From contig NIVC01000010.1 in NCBI GenBank assembly GCA_002269645.1, positions 2,294,001-2,358,000 of the forward strand: 64,000 bases of DNA, read 5' to 3'. Within the stretch, counting starts at the first letter, position 1, and every line of letters starts with the position of its first letter. Origin of the DNA: Macrostomum lignano. Lineage: Eukaryota. This document shows, one piece after another, positions 1 through 11,410 of the stretch. Below the pieces are notes generated by a model. That model did no database searches. It saw only the letters and a program-made list of their open reading frames with translations, and had not been told where the DNA came from. The position numbers were made by a program, and so were the translations under genes.

Positions 1-1230
1 AGCATGGTTCCAGCTGGTTTGAGTTCCGACTGGTTTGAATTCCAGCTGGTTTGAGTTCCGACTGGTTTGAATTCCAGCTGGTTTGAGTTCCGACTGGTTT
101 GAATTCCAGCTGGTTTGAGTTCCGACTGGTTTGAATTCCAGTTGGTTTGAGTTCCGACTGGTTTGAATTCCAGCTGGTTTGAGTTCCGACTGGTTTGAGT
201 TCCAGCTGGTTTGAGTTAAAATGGATTTGAGTTCCAGCTGGTTTGAGTCCCAGCTGGTTTGAGTTCCAGCTGGTTTGAGTTCCGACTGGTTTGAATTCCA
301 GCTGGTTTGAGTTCCGACTGGTTTGAGTTCCAGCTGGTTTGAGTTAAAATGGATTTGAGTTCCAGCTGGTTTGAGTCCCAGCTGGTTTGAGTTCCAGCTG
401 GTTTGAGTTCCAACTGGTTTGAGTTCCTGCTGGTTTGAGTTCCAGCTGGTTTGAGTTCCGACTGGTTTGAGTTCCAACTGGTTTGAGTTCCAGCTGGTTT
501 GAGTTCCGACTGGTTTGAGTTCCAACTGGTTTGAGTTCCAGCTGGTTTGAGTTCCAGCTAGTTTGATTTCCAACTGGTTTGAGTTCCAGCTGGTTTAAGT
601 TCCAGTTGGTTTGAGCTTCAGTTAGTTTGAGTTCCAGCTGGTTTGAGTTAAAATGGGTTTGAGTTCCAGCTGGTTTGAGTTCCAGCTGGTTTGAGTTCCA
701 GCTGGTTTGAGTTCCAGCTGGTTTGAGTTCCGACTGGTTTGAGTTCCAGCTGGTTTGAGTTCCAGCTAGTTTGATTTCCAGCTGGTTTGAGTTCCGACTG
801 GTTTGAATTCCAGCTGGTTTGAGTTCCGACTGGTTTGAGTTCCAGCTGGTTTGAGTTAAAATGGATTTGAGTTCCAGCTGGTTTCAGTCCCAGCTGGTTT
901 GAGTTCCAGCTGGTTTGAGTCCCAGCTGGTTTGAGTTCCAGCTGGTTTGAGTCCCAGCTGGTTTGAGTCCTAGCTGGTTTGAGTTCCAGCTGGTTTAAGT
1001 TCCAGTTGGTTTGAGCTCCAGTTAGTTTGAGTTCCAGCTGGTTTGAGTTAAAATGGGTTTGAGTTCCAGCTGGTTTAAGTTCCAGTTGGTTTGAGCTCCA
1101 GTTAGTTTGAGTTCCAGCTGGTTTGAGTTAAAATGGGTTTGAGTTCCAGCTGGTTTAAGTTCCAGTTGGTTTGAGCTCCAGTTAGTTTGAGTTCCAGCTG
1201 GTTTGAGTTAAAATGGGTTTGAGTTCCAGC

Positions 1231-1516
1231 CATACATGCGCAACTTTGGGAATCACCCGGCCGTTTCTATTGGCAACACACACATGCACGTCGCTATTGG
1301 CTGAGAGCAGTCACAGGCTATCCTGTAGTTTCGCACGTTAAATTATTTTACGAAATTATTTCGCCCTCTATTCAAGGGTGGTGGGGGGTGGGGGTTATAA
1401 TTAAACGTGCAAAACTACAGGATAGCCATTGACTGCTATTCCGTCCAATAGCGACTTACATGTGTGTGTTGCCAATAGAAACGGCCGAGTGAATCCCAAG
1501 GTTGCGCCCAAGCATG
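1231..1516. mobile_element. hAT-like fold-back MITE, copy 1
   Basis: About 115-bp imperfect inverted arms (1231-1345 vs 1398-1516). Both ends read CAT. Perfect 8-bp TSD GTTCCAGC at 1223-1230 and 1517-1524. Confidence 0.88.
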
Positions 1517-2596
1517 GTTCCAGCTGGTTTGAGTTCCGACTGGTTTGAATTCCAGCTGGTTTGAGTTCCGACTGGTTTGAATTCCAGCTGGTTTGAGTTC
1601 CGACTGGTTTGAATTCCAGCTGGTTTGAGTTCCGACTGGTTTGAATTCCAGTTGGTTTGAGTTCCGACTGGTTTGAATTCCAGCTGGTTTGAGTTCCGAC
1701 TGGTTTGAGTTCCAGCTGGTTTGAGTTAAAATGGATTTGAGTTCCAGCTGGTTTGAGTCCCAGCTGGTTTGAGTTCCAGCTGGTTTGAGTTCCGACTGGT
1801 TTGAATTCCAGCTGGTTTGAGTTCCGACTGGTTTGAGTTCCAGCTGGTTTGAGTTAAAATGGATTTGAGTTCCAGCTGGTTTGAGTCCCAGCTGGTTTGA
1901 GTTCCAGCTGGTTTGAGTTCCAACTGGTTTGAGTTCCTGCTGGTTTGAGTTCCAGCTGGTTTGAGTTCCGACTGGTTTGAGTTCCAACTGGTTTGAGTTC
2001 CAGCTGGTTTGAGTTCCGACTGGTTTGAGTTCCAACTGGTTTGAGTTCCAGCTGGTTTGAGTTCCAGCTAGTTTGATTTCCAACTGGTTTGAGTTCCAGC
2101 TGGTTTGAGTTCCAGCTGGTTTAAGTTCCAGTTGGTTTGAGTTCCAGCTAGTTTGATTTCCCACTGGTTTGAGTTCCAGCTGGTTTAAGTTCCAGTTGGT
2201 TTGAGCTCCAGTTAGTTTGAGTTCCAGCTGGTTTGAGTTAAAATGGGTTTGAGTTCCAGCTGGTTTGAGTCCCAGCTGGTTTGAGTTCCAGCTGGTTTGA
2301 GTTCCAGCTGGTTTGAGTTCCAGCTGGTTTGAGTTCCAGCTGGTTTGAGTTCCGACTGGTTTGAGTTCCAGCTGGTTTGAGTTAAAATGGATTTGAGTTC
2401 CAGCTGGTTTCAGTCCCAGCTGGTTTGAGTTCCAGCTGGTTTGAGTCCCAGCTGGTTTGAGTTCCAGCTGGTTTGAGTCCCAGCTGGTTTGAGTCCTAGC
2501 TGGTTTGAGTTCCAGCTGGTTTAAGTTCCAGTTGGTTTGAGCTCCAGTTAGTTTGAGTTCCAGCTGGTTTGAGTTAAAATGGGTTTGAGTTCCAGC

Positions 2597-2882
2597 CATA
2601 CATGCGCAACTTTGGGAATCACCCGGCCGTTTCTATTGGCAACACACACATGCACGTCGCTATTGGCTGAGAGCAGTCACAGGCTATCCTGTAGTTTCGC
2701 ACGTTAAATTATTTTACGGAATTATTTCGCCCTCTATTCAAGGGTGGTGGGGGGTGGGGGTTATAATTAAACGTGCGAAACTACAGGATAGCCATTGACT
2801 GCTATTCCGTCCAATAGCGACTTACATGTGTGTGTTGCCAATAGAAACGGCCGAGTGAATCCCAAGGTTGCGCCCAAGCATG
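2597..2882. mobile_element. hAT-like fold-back MITE, copy 2
   Basis: Near-identical to copy 1 with the same GTTCCAGC flanks. Confidence 0.88.
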
Positions 2883-4106
2883 GTTCCAGCTGGTTTGAGT
2901 TCCGACTGGTTTGAATTCCAGCTGGTTTGAGTTCCGACTGGTTTGAATTCCAGCTGGTTTGAGTTCCGACTGGTTTGAATTCCAGCTGGTTTGAGTTCCG
3001 ACTGGTTTGAATTCCAGTTGGTTTGAGTTCCGACTGGTTTGAATTCCAGCTGGTTTGAGTTCCGACTGGTTTGAGTTCCAGCTGGTTTGAGTTAAAATGG
3101 ATTTGAGTTCCAGCTGGTTTGAGTCCCAGCTGGTTTGAGTTCCAGCTGGTTTGAGTTCCGACTGGTTTGAATTCCAGCTGGTTTGAGTTCCGACTGGTTT
3201 GAGTTCCAGCTGGTTTGAGTTAAAATGGATTTGAGTTCCAGCTGGTTTGAGTCCCAGCTGGTTTGAGTTCCAGCTGGTTTGAGTTCCAACTGGTTTGAGT
3301 TCCTGCTGGTTTGAGTTCCAGCTGGTTTGAGTTCCGACTGGTTTGAGTTCCAACTGGTTTGAGTTCCAGCTGGTTTGAGTTCCGACTGGTTTGAGTTCCA
3401 ACTGGTTTGAGTTCCAGCTGGTTTGAGTTCCAGCTAGTTTGATTTCCAACTGGTTTGAGTTCCAGCTGGTTTAAGTTCCAGTTGGTTTGAGCTTCAGTTA
3501 GTTTGAGTTCCAGCTGGTTTGAGTTAAAATGGGTTTGAGTTCCAGCTGGTTTGAGTTCCAGCTGGTTTGAGTTCCAGCTGGTTTGAGTTCCAGCTGGTTT
3601 GAGTTCCGACTGGTTTGAGTTCCAGCTGGTTTGAGTTCCAGCTAGTTTGATTTCCAGCTGGTTTGAGTTCCGACTGGTTTGAATTCCAGCTGGTTTGAGT
3701 TCCGACTGGTTTGAGTTCCAGCTGGTTTGAGTTAAAATGGATTTGAGTTCCAGCTGGTTTCAGTCCCAGCTGGTTTGAGTTCCAGCTGGTTTGAGTCCCA
3801 GCTGGTTTGAGTTCCAGCTGGTTTGAGTCCCAGCTGGTTTGAGTCCTAGCTGGTTTGAGTTCCAGCTGGTTTAAGTTCCAGTTGGTTTGAGCTCCAGTTA
3901 GTTTGAGTTCCAGCTGGTTTGAGTTAAAATGGGTTTGAGTTCCAGCTGGTTTAAGTTCCAGTTGGTTTGAGCTCCAGTTAGTTTGAGTTCCAGCTGGTTT
4001 GAGTTAAAATGGGTTTGAGTTCCAGCTGGTTTAAGTTCCAGTTGGTTTGAGCTCCAGTTAGTTTGAGTTCCAGCTGGTTTGAGTTAAAATGGGTTTGAGT
4101 TCCAGC

Positions 4107-4391
4107 CATACATGCGCAACTTTGGGAATCACCCGGCCGTTTCTATTGGCAACACACACATGCACGTCGCTATTGGCTGAGAGCAGTCACAGGCTATCCT
4201 GTAGTTTCGCACGTTAAATTATTTTACGAAATTATTTCGCCCTCTATTCAAGGGTGGTGGGGGGTGGGGTTATAATTAAACGTGCAAAACTACAGGATAG
4301 CCATTGACTGCTATTCCGTCCAATAGCGACTTACATGTGTGTGTTGCCAATAGAAACGGCCGAGTGAATCCCAAGGTTGCGCCCAAGCATG
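4107..4391. mobile_element. hAT-like fold-back MITE, copy 3
   Basis: Near-identical; shares the TACGAAATT and GTGCAAAAC variants with copy 1. Confidence 0.88.
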
Positions 4392-5455
4392 GTTCCAGCT
4401 GGTTTGAGTTCCGACTGGTTTGAATTCCAGCTGGTTTGAGTTCCGACTGGTTTGAATTCCAGCTGGTTTGAGTTCCGACTGGTTTGAATTCCAGCTGGTT
4501 TGAGTTCCGACTGGTTTGAATTCCAGTTGGTTTGAGTTCCGACTGGTTTGAATTCCAGCTGGTTTGAGTTCCGACTGGTTTGAGTTCCAGCTGGTTTGAG
4601 TTAAAATGGATTTGAGTTCCAGCTGGTTTGAGTCCCAGCTGGTTTGAGTTCCAGCTGGTTTGAGTTCCGACTGGTTTGAATTCCAGCTGGTTTGAGTTCC
4701 GACTGGTTTGAGTTCCAGCTGGTTTGAGTTAAAATGGATTTGAGTTCCAGCTGGTTTGAGTCCCAGCTGGTTTGAGTTCCAGCTGGTTTGAGTTCCAACT
4801 GGTTTGAGTTCCTGCTGGTTTGAGTTCCAGCTGGTTTGAGTTCCAACTGGTTTGAGTTCCAGCTGGTTTGAGTTCCGACTGGTTTGAGTTCCAACTGGTT
4901 TGAGTTCCAGCTGGTTTGAGTTCCAGCTAGTTTGATTTCCAACTGGTTTGAGTTCCAGCTGGTTTGAGTTCCAGCTGGTTTAAGTTCCAGTTGGTTTGAG
5001 TTCCAGCTAGTTTGATTTCCCACTGGTTTGAGTTCCAGCTGGTTTAAGTTCCAGTTGGTTTGAGCTCCAGTTAGTTTGAGTTCCAGCTGGTTTGAGTTAA
5101 AATGGGTTTGAGTTCCAGCTGGTTTGAGTCCCAGCTGGTTTGAGTTCCAGCTGGTTTGAGTTCCAGCTGGTTTGAGTTCCAGCTGGTTTGAGTTCCAGCT
5201 GGTTTGAGTTCCGACTGGTTTGAGTTCCAGCTGGTTTGAGTTAAAATGGATTTGAGTTCCAGCTGGTTTCAGTCCCAGCTGGTTTGAGTTCCAGCTGGTT
5301 TGAGTCCCAGCTGGTTTGAGTTCCAGCTGGTTTGAGTCCCAGCTGGTTTGAGTCCTAGCTGGTTTGAGTTCCAGCTGGTTTAAGTTCCAGTTGGTTTGAG
5401 CTCCAGTTAGTTTGAGTTCCAGCTGGTTTGAGTTAAAATGGGTTTGAGTTCCAGC

Positions 5456-5749
5456 CATACATGCGCAACTTTGGGAATCACCCGGCCGTTTCTATTGGCA
5501 ACACACACATGCACGTCGCTATTGGCTGAGAGCAGTCACAGGCTATCCTGTAGTTTCGCACGTTAAATTATTTTACGGAATTATTTCGCCCTCTATTCAA
5601 GGGTGGTGGGGGGTGGAGGTTATAATTAAACGTGCGAAACTACAGGATAGCCATTGACTGCTATTCCGTCCAATAGCGACTTACATGTGTGTGTTGCCAA
5701 TAGAAACGGCCGAGTGAATCCCAAATTCCCAAGGTTGCGCCCAAGCATG
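5456..5749. mobile_element. hAT-like fold-back MITE, copy 4
   Basis: Near-identical; carries an extra 8 nt (CCCAAATT CCCAAG) in the right arm. Confidence 0.88.
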
Positions 5750-6765
5750 GTTCCAGCTGGTTTGAGTTCCGACTGGTTTGAATTCCAGCTGGTTTGAGTT
5801 CCGACTGGTTTGAATTCCAGCTGGTTTGAGTTCCGACTGGTTTGAATTCCAGCTGGTTTGAGTTCCGACTGGTTTGAATTCCAGTTGGTTTGAGTTCCGA
5901 CTGGTTTGAATTCCAGCTGGTTTGAGTTCCGACTGGTTTGAGTTCCAGCTGGTTTGAGTTAAAATGGATTTGAGTTCCAGCTGGTTTGAGTCCCAGCTGG
6001 TTTGAGTTCCAGCTGGTTTGAGTTCCGACTGGTTTGAATTCCAGCTGGTTTGAGTTCCGACTGGTTTGAGTTCCAGCTGGTTTGAGTTAAAATGGATTTG
6101 AGTTCCAGCTGGTTTGAGTCCCAGCTGGTTTGAGTTCCAGCTGGTTTGAGTTCCAACTGGTTTGAGTTCCTGCTGGTTTGAGTTCCAGCTGGTTTGAGTT
6201 CCGACTGGTTTGAGTTCCAGCTGGTTTGAGTTCCAGCTAGTTTGATTTCCCACTGGTTTGAGTTCCAGCTGGTTTAAGTTCCAGTTGGTTTGAGTTCCAG
6301 CTAGTTTGATTTCCCACTGGTTTGAGTTCCAGCTGGTTTAAGTTCCAGTTGGTTTGAGCTCCAGTTAGTTTGAGTTCCAGCTGGTTTGAGTTAAAATGGG
6401 TTTGAGTTCCAGCTGGTTTGAGTTCCAGCTGGTTTGAGTTCCAGCTGGTTTAAGTTCCAGTTGGTTTGAGCTCCAGTTAGTTTGAGTTCCAGCTGGTTTG
6501 AGTTAAAATGGGTTTGAGTTCCAGCTGGTTTAAGTTCCAGTTGGTTTGAGCTCCAGTTAGTTTGAGTTCCAGCTGGTTTGAGTTAAAATGGGTTTGAGTT
6601 CCAGCTGGTTTAAGTTCCAGTTGGTTTGAGCTCCAGTTAGTTTGAGTTCCAGCTGGTTTGAGTTAAAATGGGTTTGAGTTCCAGCTGGTTTAAGTTCCAG
6701 TTGGTTTGAGCTCCAGTTAGTTTGAGTTCCAGCTGGTTTGAGTTAAAATGGGTTTGAGTTCCAGC

Positions 6766-7050
6766 CATACATGCGCAACTTTGGGAATCACCCGGCCGTT
6801 TCTATTGGCAACACACACATGCACGTCGCTATTGGCTGAGAGCAGTCACAGGCTATCCTGTAGTTTCGCACGTTAAATTATTTTACGGAATTATTTCGCC
6901 CTCTATTCAAGGGTGGTGGGGGTGGGGGTTATAATTAAACGTGCGAAACTACAGGATAGCCATTGACTGCTATTCCGTCCAATAGCGACTTACATGTGTG
7001 TGTTGCCAATAGAAACGGCCGAGTGAATCCCAAGGTTGCGCCCAAGCATG
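6766..7050. mobile_element. hAT-like fold-back MITE, copy 5
   Basis: Near-identical with the same flanks. Confidence 0.88.
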
Positions 7051-8162
7051 GTTCCAGCTGGTTTGAGTTCCGACTGGTTTGAATTCCAGCTGGTTTGAGT
7101 TCCGACTGGTTTGAATTCCAGCTGGTTTGAGTTCCGACTGGTTTGAATTCCAGCTGGTTTGAGTTCCGACTGGTTTGAATTCCAGTTGGTTTGAGTTCCG
7201 ACTGGTTTGAATTCCAGCTGGTTTGAGTTCCGACTGGTTTGAGTTCCAGCTGGTTTGAGTTAAAATGGATTTGAGTTCCAGCTGGTTTGAGTCCCAGCTG
7301 GTTTGAGTTCCAGCTGGTTTGAGTTCCGACTGGTTTGAATTCCAGCTGGTTTGAGTTCCGACTGGTTTGAGTTCCAGCTGGTTTGAGTTAAAATGGATTT
7401 GAGTTCCAGCTGGTTTGAGTCCCAGCTGGTTTGAGTTCCAGCTGGTTTGAGTTCCAACTGGTTTGAGTTCCTGCTGGTTTGAGTTCCAGCTGGTTTGAGT
7501 TCCGACTGGTTTGAGTTCCAGCTGGTTTGAGTTCCAGCTAGTTTGATTTCCCACTGGTTTGAGTTCCAGCTGGTTTAAGTTCCAGTTGGTTTGAGTTCCA
7601 GCTAGTTTGATTTCCCACTGGTTTGAGTTCCAGCTGGTTTAAGTTCCAGTTGGTTTGAGCTCCAGTTAGTTTGAGTTCCAGCTGGTTTGAGTTAAAATGG
7701 GTTTGAGTTCCAGCTGGTTTGAGTCCCAGCTGGTTTGAGTTCCAGCTGGTTTGAGTTCCAGCTGGTTTGAGTTCCAGCTGGTTTGAGTTCCAGCTGGTTT
7801 GAGTTCCAGCTGGTTTGAGTCCCAGTTGGTTTGAGTTCCGACTGGTTTGAGTTCCAGCTGGTTTGAGTTAAAATGGATTTGAGTTCCAGCTGGTTTGAGT
7901 CCCAGCTGGTTTGAGTTCCAGCTGGTTTGAGTCCCAGCTGGTTTGAGTTCCAGCTGGTTTGAGTCCCAGCTGGTTTGAGTCCTAGCTGGTTTGAGTTCCA
8001 GCTGGTTTAAGTTCCAGTTGGTTTGAGCTCCAGTTAGTTTGAGTTCCAGCTGGTTTGAGTTAAAATGGGTTTGAGTTCCAGCTGGTTTAAGTTCCAGTTG
8101 GTTTGAGCTCCAGTTAGTTTGAGTTCCAGCTGTTTTGAGTTAAAATGGGTTTGAGTTCCAGC

Positions 8163-8447
8163 CATACATGCGCAACTTTGGGAATCACCCGGCCGTTTCT
8201 ATTGGCAACACACACATGCACGTCGCTATTGGCTGAGAGCAGTCACAGGCTATCCTGTAGTTTCGCACGTTAAATTATTTTACGGAATTATTTCGCCCTC
8301 TATTCAAGGGTGGTGGGGGTGGGGGTTATAATTAAACGTGCGAAACTACAGGATAGCCATTGACTGCTATTCCGTCCAATAGCGACTTACATGTGTGTGT
8401 TGCCAATAGAAACGGCCGAGTGAATCCCAAGGTTGCGCCCAAGCATG
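8163..8447. mobile_element. hAT-like fold-back MITE, copy 6
   Basis: Near-identical with the same flanks. Confidence 0.88.
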
Positions 8448-9013
8448 GTTCCAGCTGGTTTGAGTTCCGACTGGTTTGAATTCCAGCTGGTTTGAGTTCC
8501 GACTGGTTTGAATTCCAGCTGGTTTGAGTTCCGACTGGTTTGAATTCCAGCTGGTTTGAGTTCCGACTGGTTTGAATTCCAGTTGGTTTGAGTTCCGACT
8601 GGTTTGAATTCCAGCTGGTTTGAGTTCCGACTGGTTTGAGTTCCAGCTGGTTTGAGTTAAAATGGATTTGAGTTCCAGCTGGTTTGAGTCCCAGCTGGTT
8701 TGAGTTCCAGCTGGTTTGAGTTCCGACTGGTTTGAATTCCAGCTGGTTTGAGTTCCGACTGGTTTGAGTTCCAGCTGGTTTGAGTTAAAATGGATTTGAG
8801 TTCCAGCTGGTTTGAGTCCCAGCTGGTTTGAGTTCCAGCTGGTTTGAGTTCCAACTGGTTTGAGTTCCTGCTGGTTTGAGTTCCAGCTGGTCTGGGTTTA
8901 TGTGTTTGTTCTCTGTAACAAATGGAAAATATTCGCTCAAATTAAATTAATGCTACTCATTGTTCTGAACTGAATAGTAGTATATTTTAAACAACTATTT
9001 TGCACCTGGCCAG

Positions 9014-10861
9014 GCTCTCTGCGCGGAGGCCGCTGCCAACCAACGCCAAGTGGCCGAATTTGAAAGCGCAGCAAGCCAAGCTGCCAGCCTCACTCGTCAG
9101 GTGGAATCAACCCGAACCAAAGTGAGTCAGTGATAAGGGTTGGTATGTTTCTTTAGAAAAATGTACTTTTTAAGAATCCGTTTAAGAAACAGTTTAACAA
9201 GCTATCAACAAAAATTCAACTCAATCCTCGCCTACCCCGGCAGCTCCGCTCCCGCGAGAACGAGCTCAGCGCTGAGCAGCACGCAGTTGAAGAGCTGGTG
9301 TGCCGTCGCGAGGCCCAAGACCAGGAGGTGGTCGGACAGGAGGCCATAGCCAAGTCTATGCGAGCTCGGAAGGCCAAGCTAGCAGAACAGGCGGTAGCCT
9401 CTCCCGAGGGCCTGTTCCATTTGAAATCAAAAATGGAAGAGGACGTCGAACAGCGCAAAGTGCTGCTAGAGGCTCGCTATAAACGTTTGGAAGAAGTTAA
9501 AAGTCAGGGTCGGGCAGCGAAGAGTCAGCTGCGAGTGTCCGAATTGCCGGCTCTGTTTGATGAGGCCGATCGGCACAGACAGGTGGGTTTCAGTCTTTTT
9601 ATCTGCGGTCATTTGAAGTTTCTTGAAATCGAAAAATTATCCGCTTCTATAAATAATTGATTTGCCCTTCAATCTACCTGGAAAAGAATCTCCGCATAGC
9701 GCCCCACCAACCTGAGAGAATCGCCCCACCAACCTGAGAGAATCGCCCCACCAATCTGAGAGAATCGCCCCACCAACCTGAGAGAATCGCCCCACCAACC
9801 TGAGAGAATCGCCCCACCAACCTGAGAGAATCGCCCCATCAAACCCCAGAGAAAATCGCCCCATCAACCCCAGAGAAAATCGCCCCATCAACCTCAGAGA
9901 GAATCGCCCCATCAACCTCAGAGAGAATCGCCCCATCAACCCCAGAGAGAATCGCCCCACCACCCTCAGAGAGAATTGCCCCATCAACCTCAGAGAGAAT
10001 CGCCCCACCAATCTCAGAGAAAATTGCCCCATCAACCTCAGAGAGAATCGCCCCACCAATCTCAGAGAGAATCGCCCCACCAACCTCAGAGAGAATTGCC
10101 CCACCACCAACCTCAGAGAGAATCGCCCCACCAACCTCAGAGAGAATTGCCCCACCACCAACCTCAGAGAGAATCGCCCTACCAACCTCAGAGAGAATCG
10201 CCCCATCAACCTCAGAGAGAATCGCCCCATCAACCTCAGAGAGAATCGCCCCACCAACCTCCGAGAGAATCGCCCCACCAACCTCAGAGAGAATCGCCAC
10301 ACCAACCTCAGAGAGAATTGCCCCACCACCAACCTCAGAGAGAATCGCCCTACCAACCTCAGAGAGAATCGCCCCATCAACCTCAGAGAGAATCGCCCCA
10401 CCAACCTCAGAGAGAATCGCCCCACCAACCTCAGAGAGAATCGCCCCATCAACACCTTTAACATTCGGCAAACCCAACACCCGCAGGTGCTGGCTCAGGT
10501 AAACGAGTCCGTAGAAGCCATGAACGCCGAAGCCGGGCCACGCGAAGCCCGACTCCGTCTGTTAGCCGGCGAAGTCAAAGCCCAATTATCGGCGCTGGAG
10601 ACCTTAGCAACCGCGGCTGCGGCCGCGGAAAATTCCACAACCGGTGCCGCTGGTCCAGCTGGGCAGCTGCGCGAAGGCTTAGCATCCGTCCAGGCCCGCC
10701 TAACCTCGGCCATTGCGAAAGAGCGCGAGGCCGCGGAACGTATCGATGAAGTCGTTAGTCGGGAGGGCCACAGCCGCGCCGGGTTGCAGGCTTTGAAATC
10801 GGCGGATAGAGAAGTGGCTCGATCGCTGGCTAGATTGGCTGATCGGCTCAATGCACTTTGA
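9014..10861 (+). CDS. 3' exons of a coiled-coil protein, probably kinetochore Nuf2-like; join(9014..9121,9244..9582,10487..10861); 5' exons upstream of the window
   Basis: Three exons with AG/GT boundaries, all phase 0, forming one open frame to TGA at 10861. Heptad-rich. LAEQAVASPEGLFHLKSKMEEDV resembles the Nuf2 motif (human [23 protein letters not shown], from memory). Exon structure is well supported; identity is only moderate. Confidence 0.6.
9698..10452. repeat. Intronic minisatellite, 22-27 bp (AACCTCAGAGAGAATCGCCCCACC)
   Basis: Tandem copies read directly between the donor at 9583 and the acceptor at 10486. Confidence 0.95.
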
Positions 10862-11132
10862 CTTTTTGCTTGGTTTGATTCGCACATACTAGAATAACTA
10901 TACATGTCACTCTATTAAAGTTTTGAAAAGGTAGACTTTACCTTTTTCAGTAGTTTGTTTGCGCAGCGTCACCTAAATTTAATGTGGCAGCTAAAATTTC
11001 CTTTACTTCCTAAGGGTTTGCGGCCTCGGAAAGCATATAGGGTTTAGAATGAACAACAAGCATTTAACTCATATGTACACAAGTGAACGCAAGACGAACA
11101 AAAGTCAGCCTAGGGGGCAGGCGCTATCTAGC

Positions 11133-11410
11133 TCAGCCAAAGAGAGAGCAAAGCAGTAAGGAGAGAGAGGTCAAAGTCAGAGGGACAAAAGTCGGCCTTG
11201 AGGGCAGGCCCAATCTAGTTCAGCCAATGAGAGAGCAGTAAGGAGAGAGGTCAAAGTCAGAGGGACGAAATTTAGTCTAGGGGGCTGGCCAGCTCAGCCA
11301 ATGAGAGAGCAGTAAGGAGAGAGGTCAAAGTCAGAGGGACGAAATTTATTCTAGGGGGCTGGCCAGCTCAGCCAATGAGAGAGCAGTAAGGAGAGAGGTC
11401 AAAGTCAGAT
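11133..11410. repeat. 74-bp tandem repeat, about 4 copies
   Basis: CAGCCAATGAGAGAGCAGTAAGGAGAGAGGTCAAAGTCAG recurs at 11221, 11295 and 11369, with a variant near 11133. Confidence 0.9.

Larger units (their letters stand above)
1..8891. repeat. Higher-order satellite: 16-bp monomer (GAGTTCCAGCTGGTTT and variants) in blocks of about 1.0-1.2 kb, each followed by a ~286-bp MITE; HOR period 1.31-1.51 kb; continues left of the window
   Basis: 16-bp periodicity read directly. Variant monomers occur in the same order in each block. The window starts with the last 6 nt (AGCATG) of a further MITE copy. Confidence 0.97.

Noticed and set aside
1-8891. CRISPR-like repeat/spacer array
   Set aside because: Spacers are near-identical MITE copies with TSDs, the repeats are themselves tandem arrays, the context is eukaryotic and there are no cas genes.
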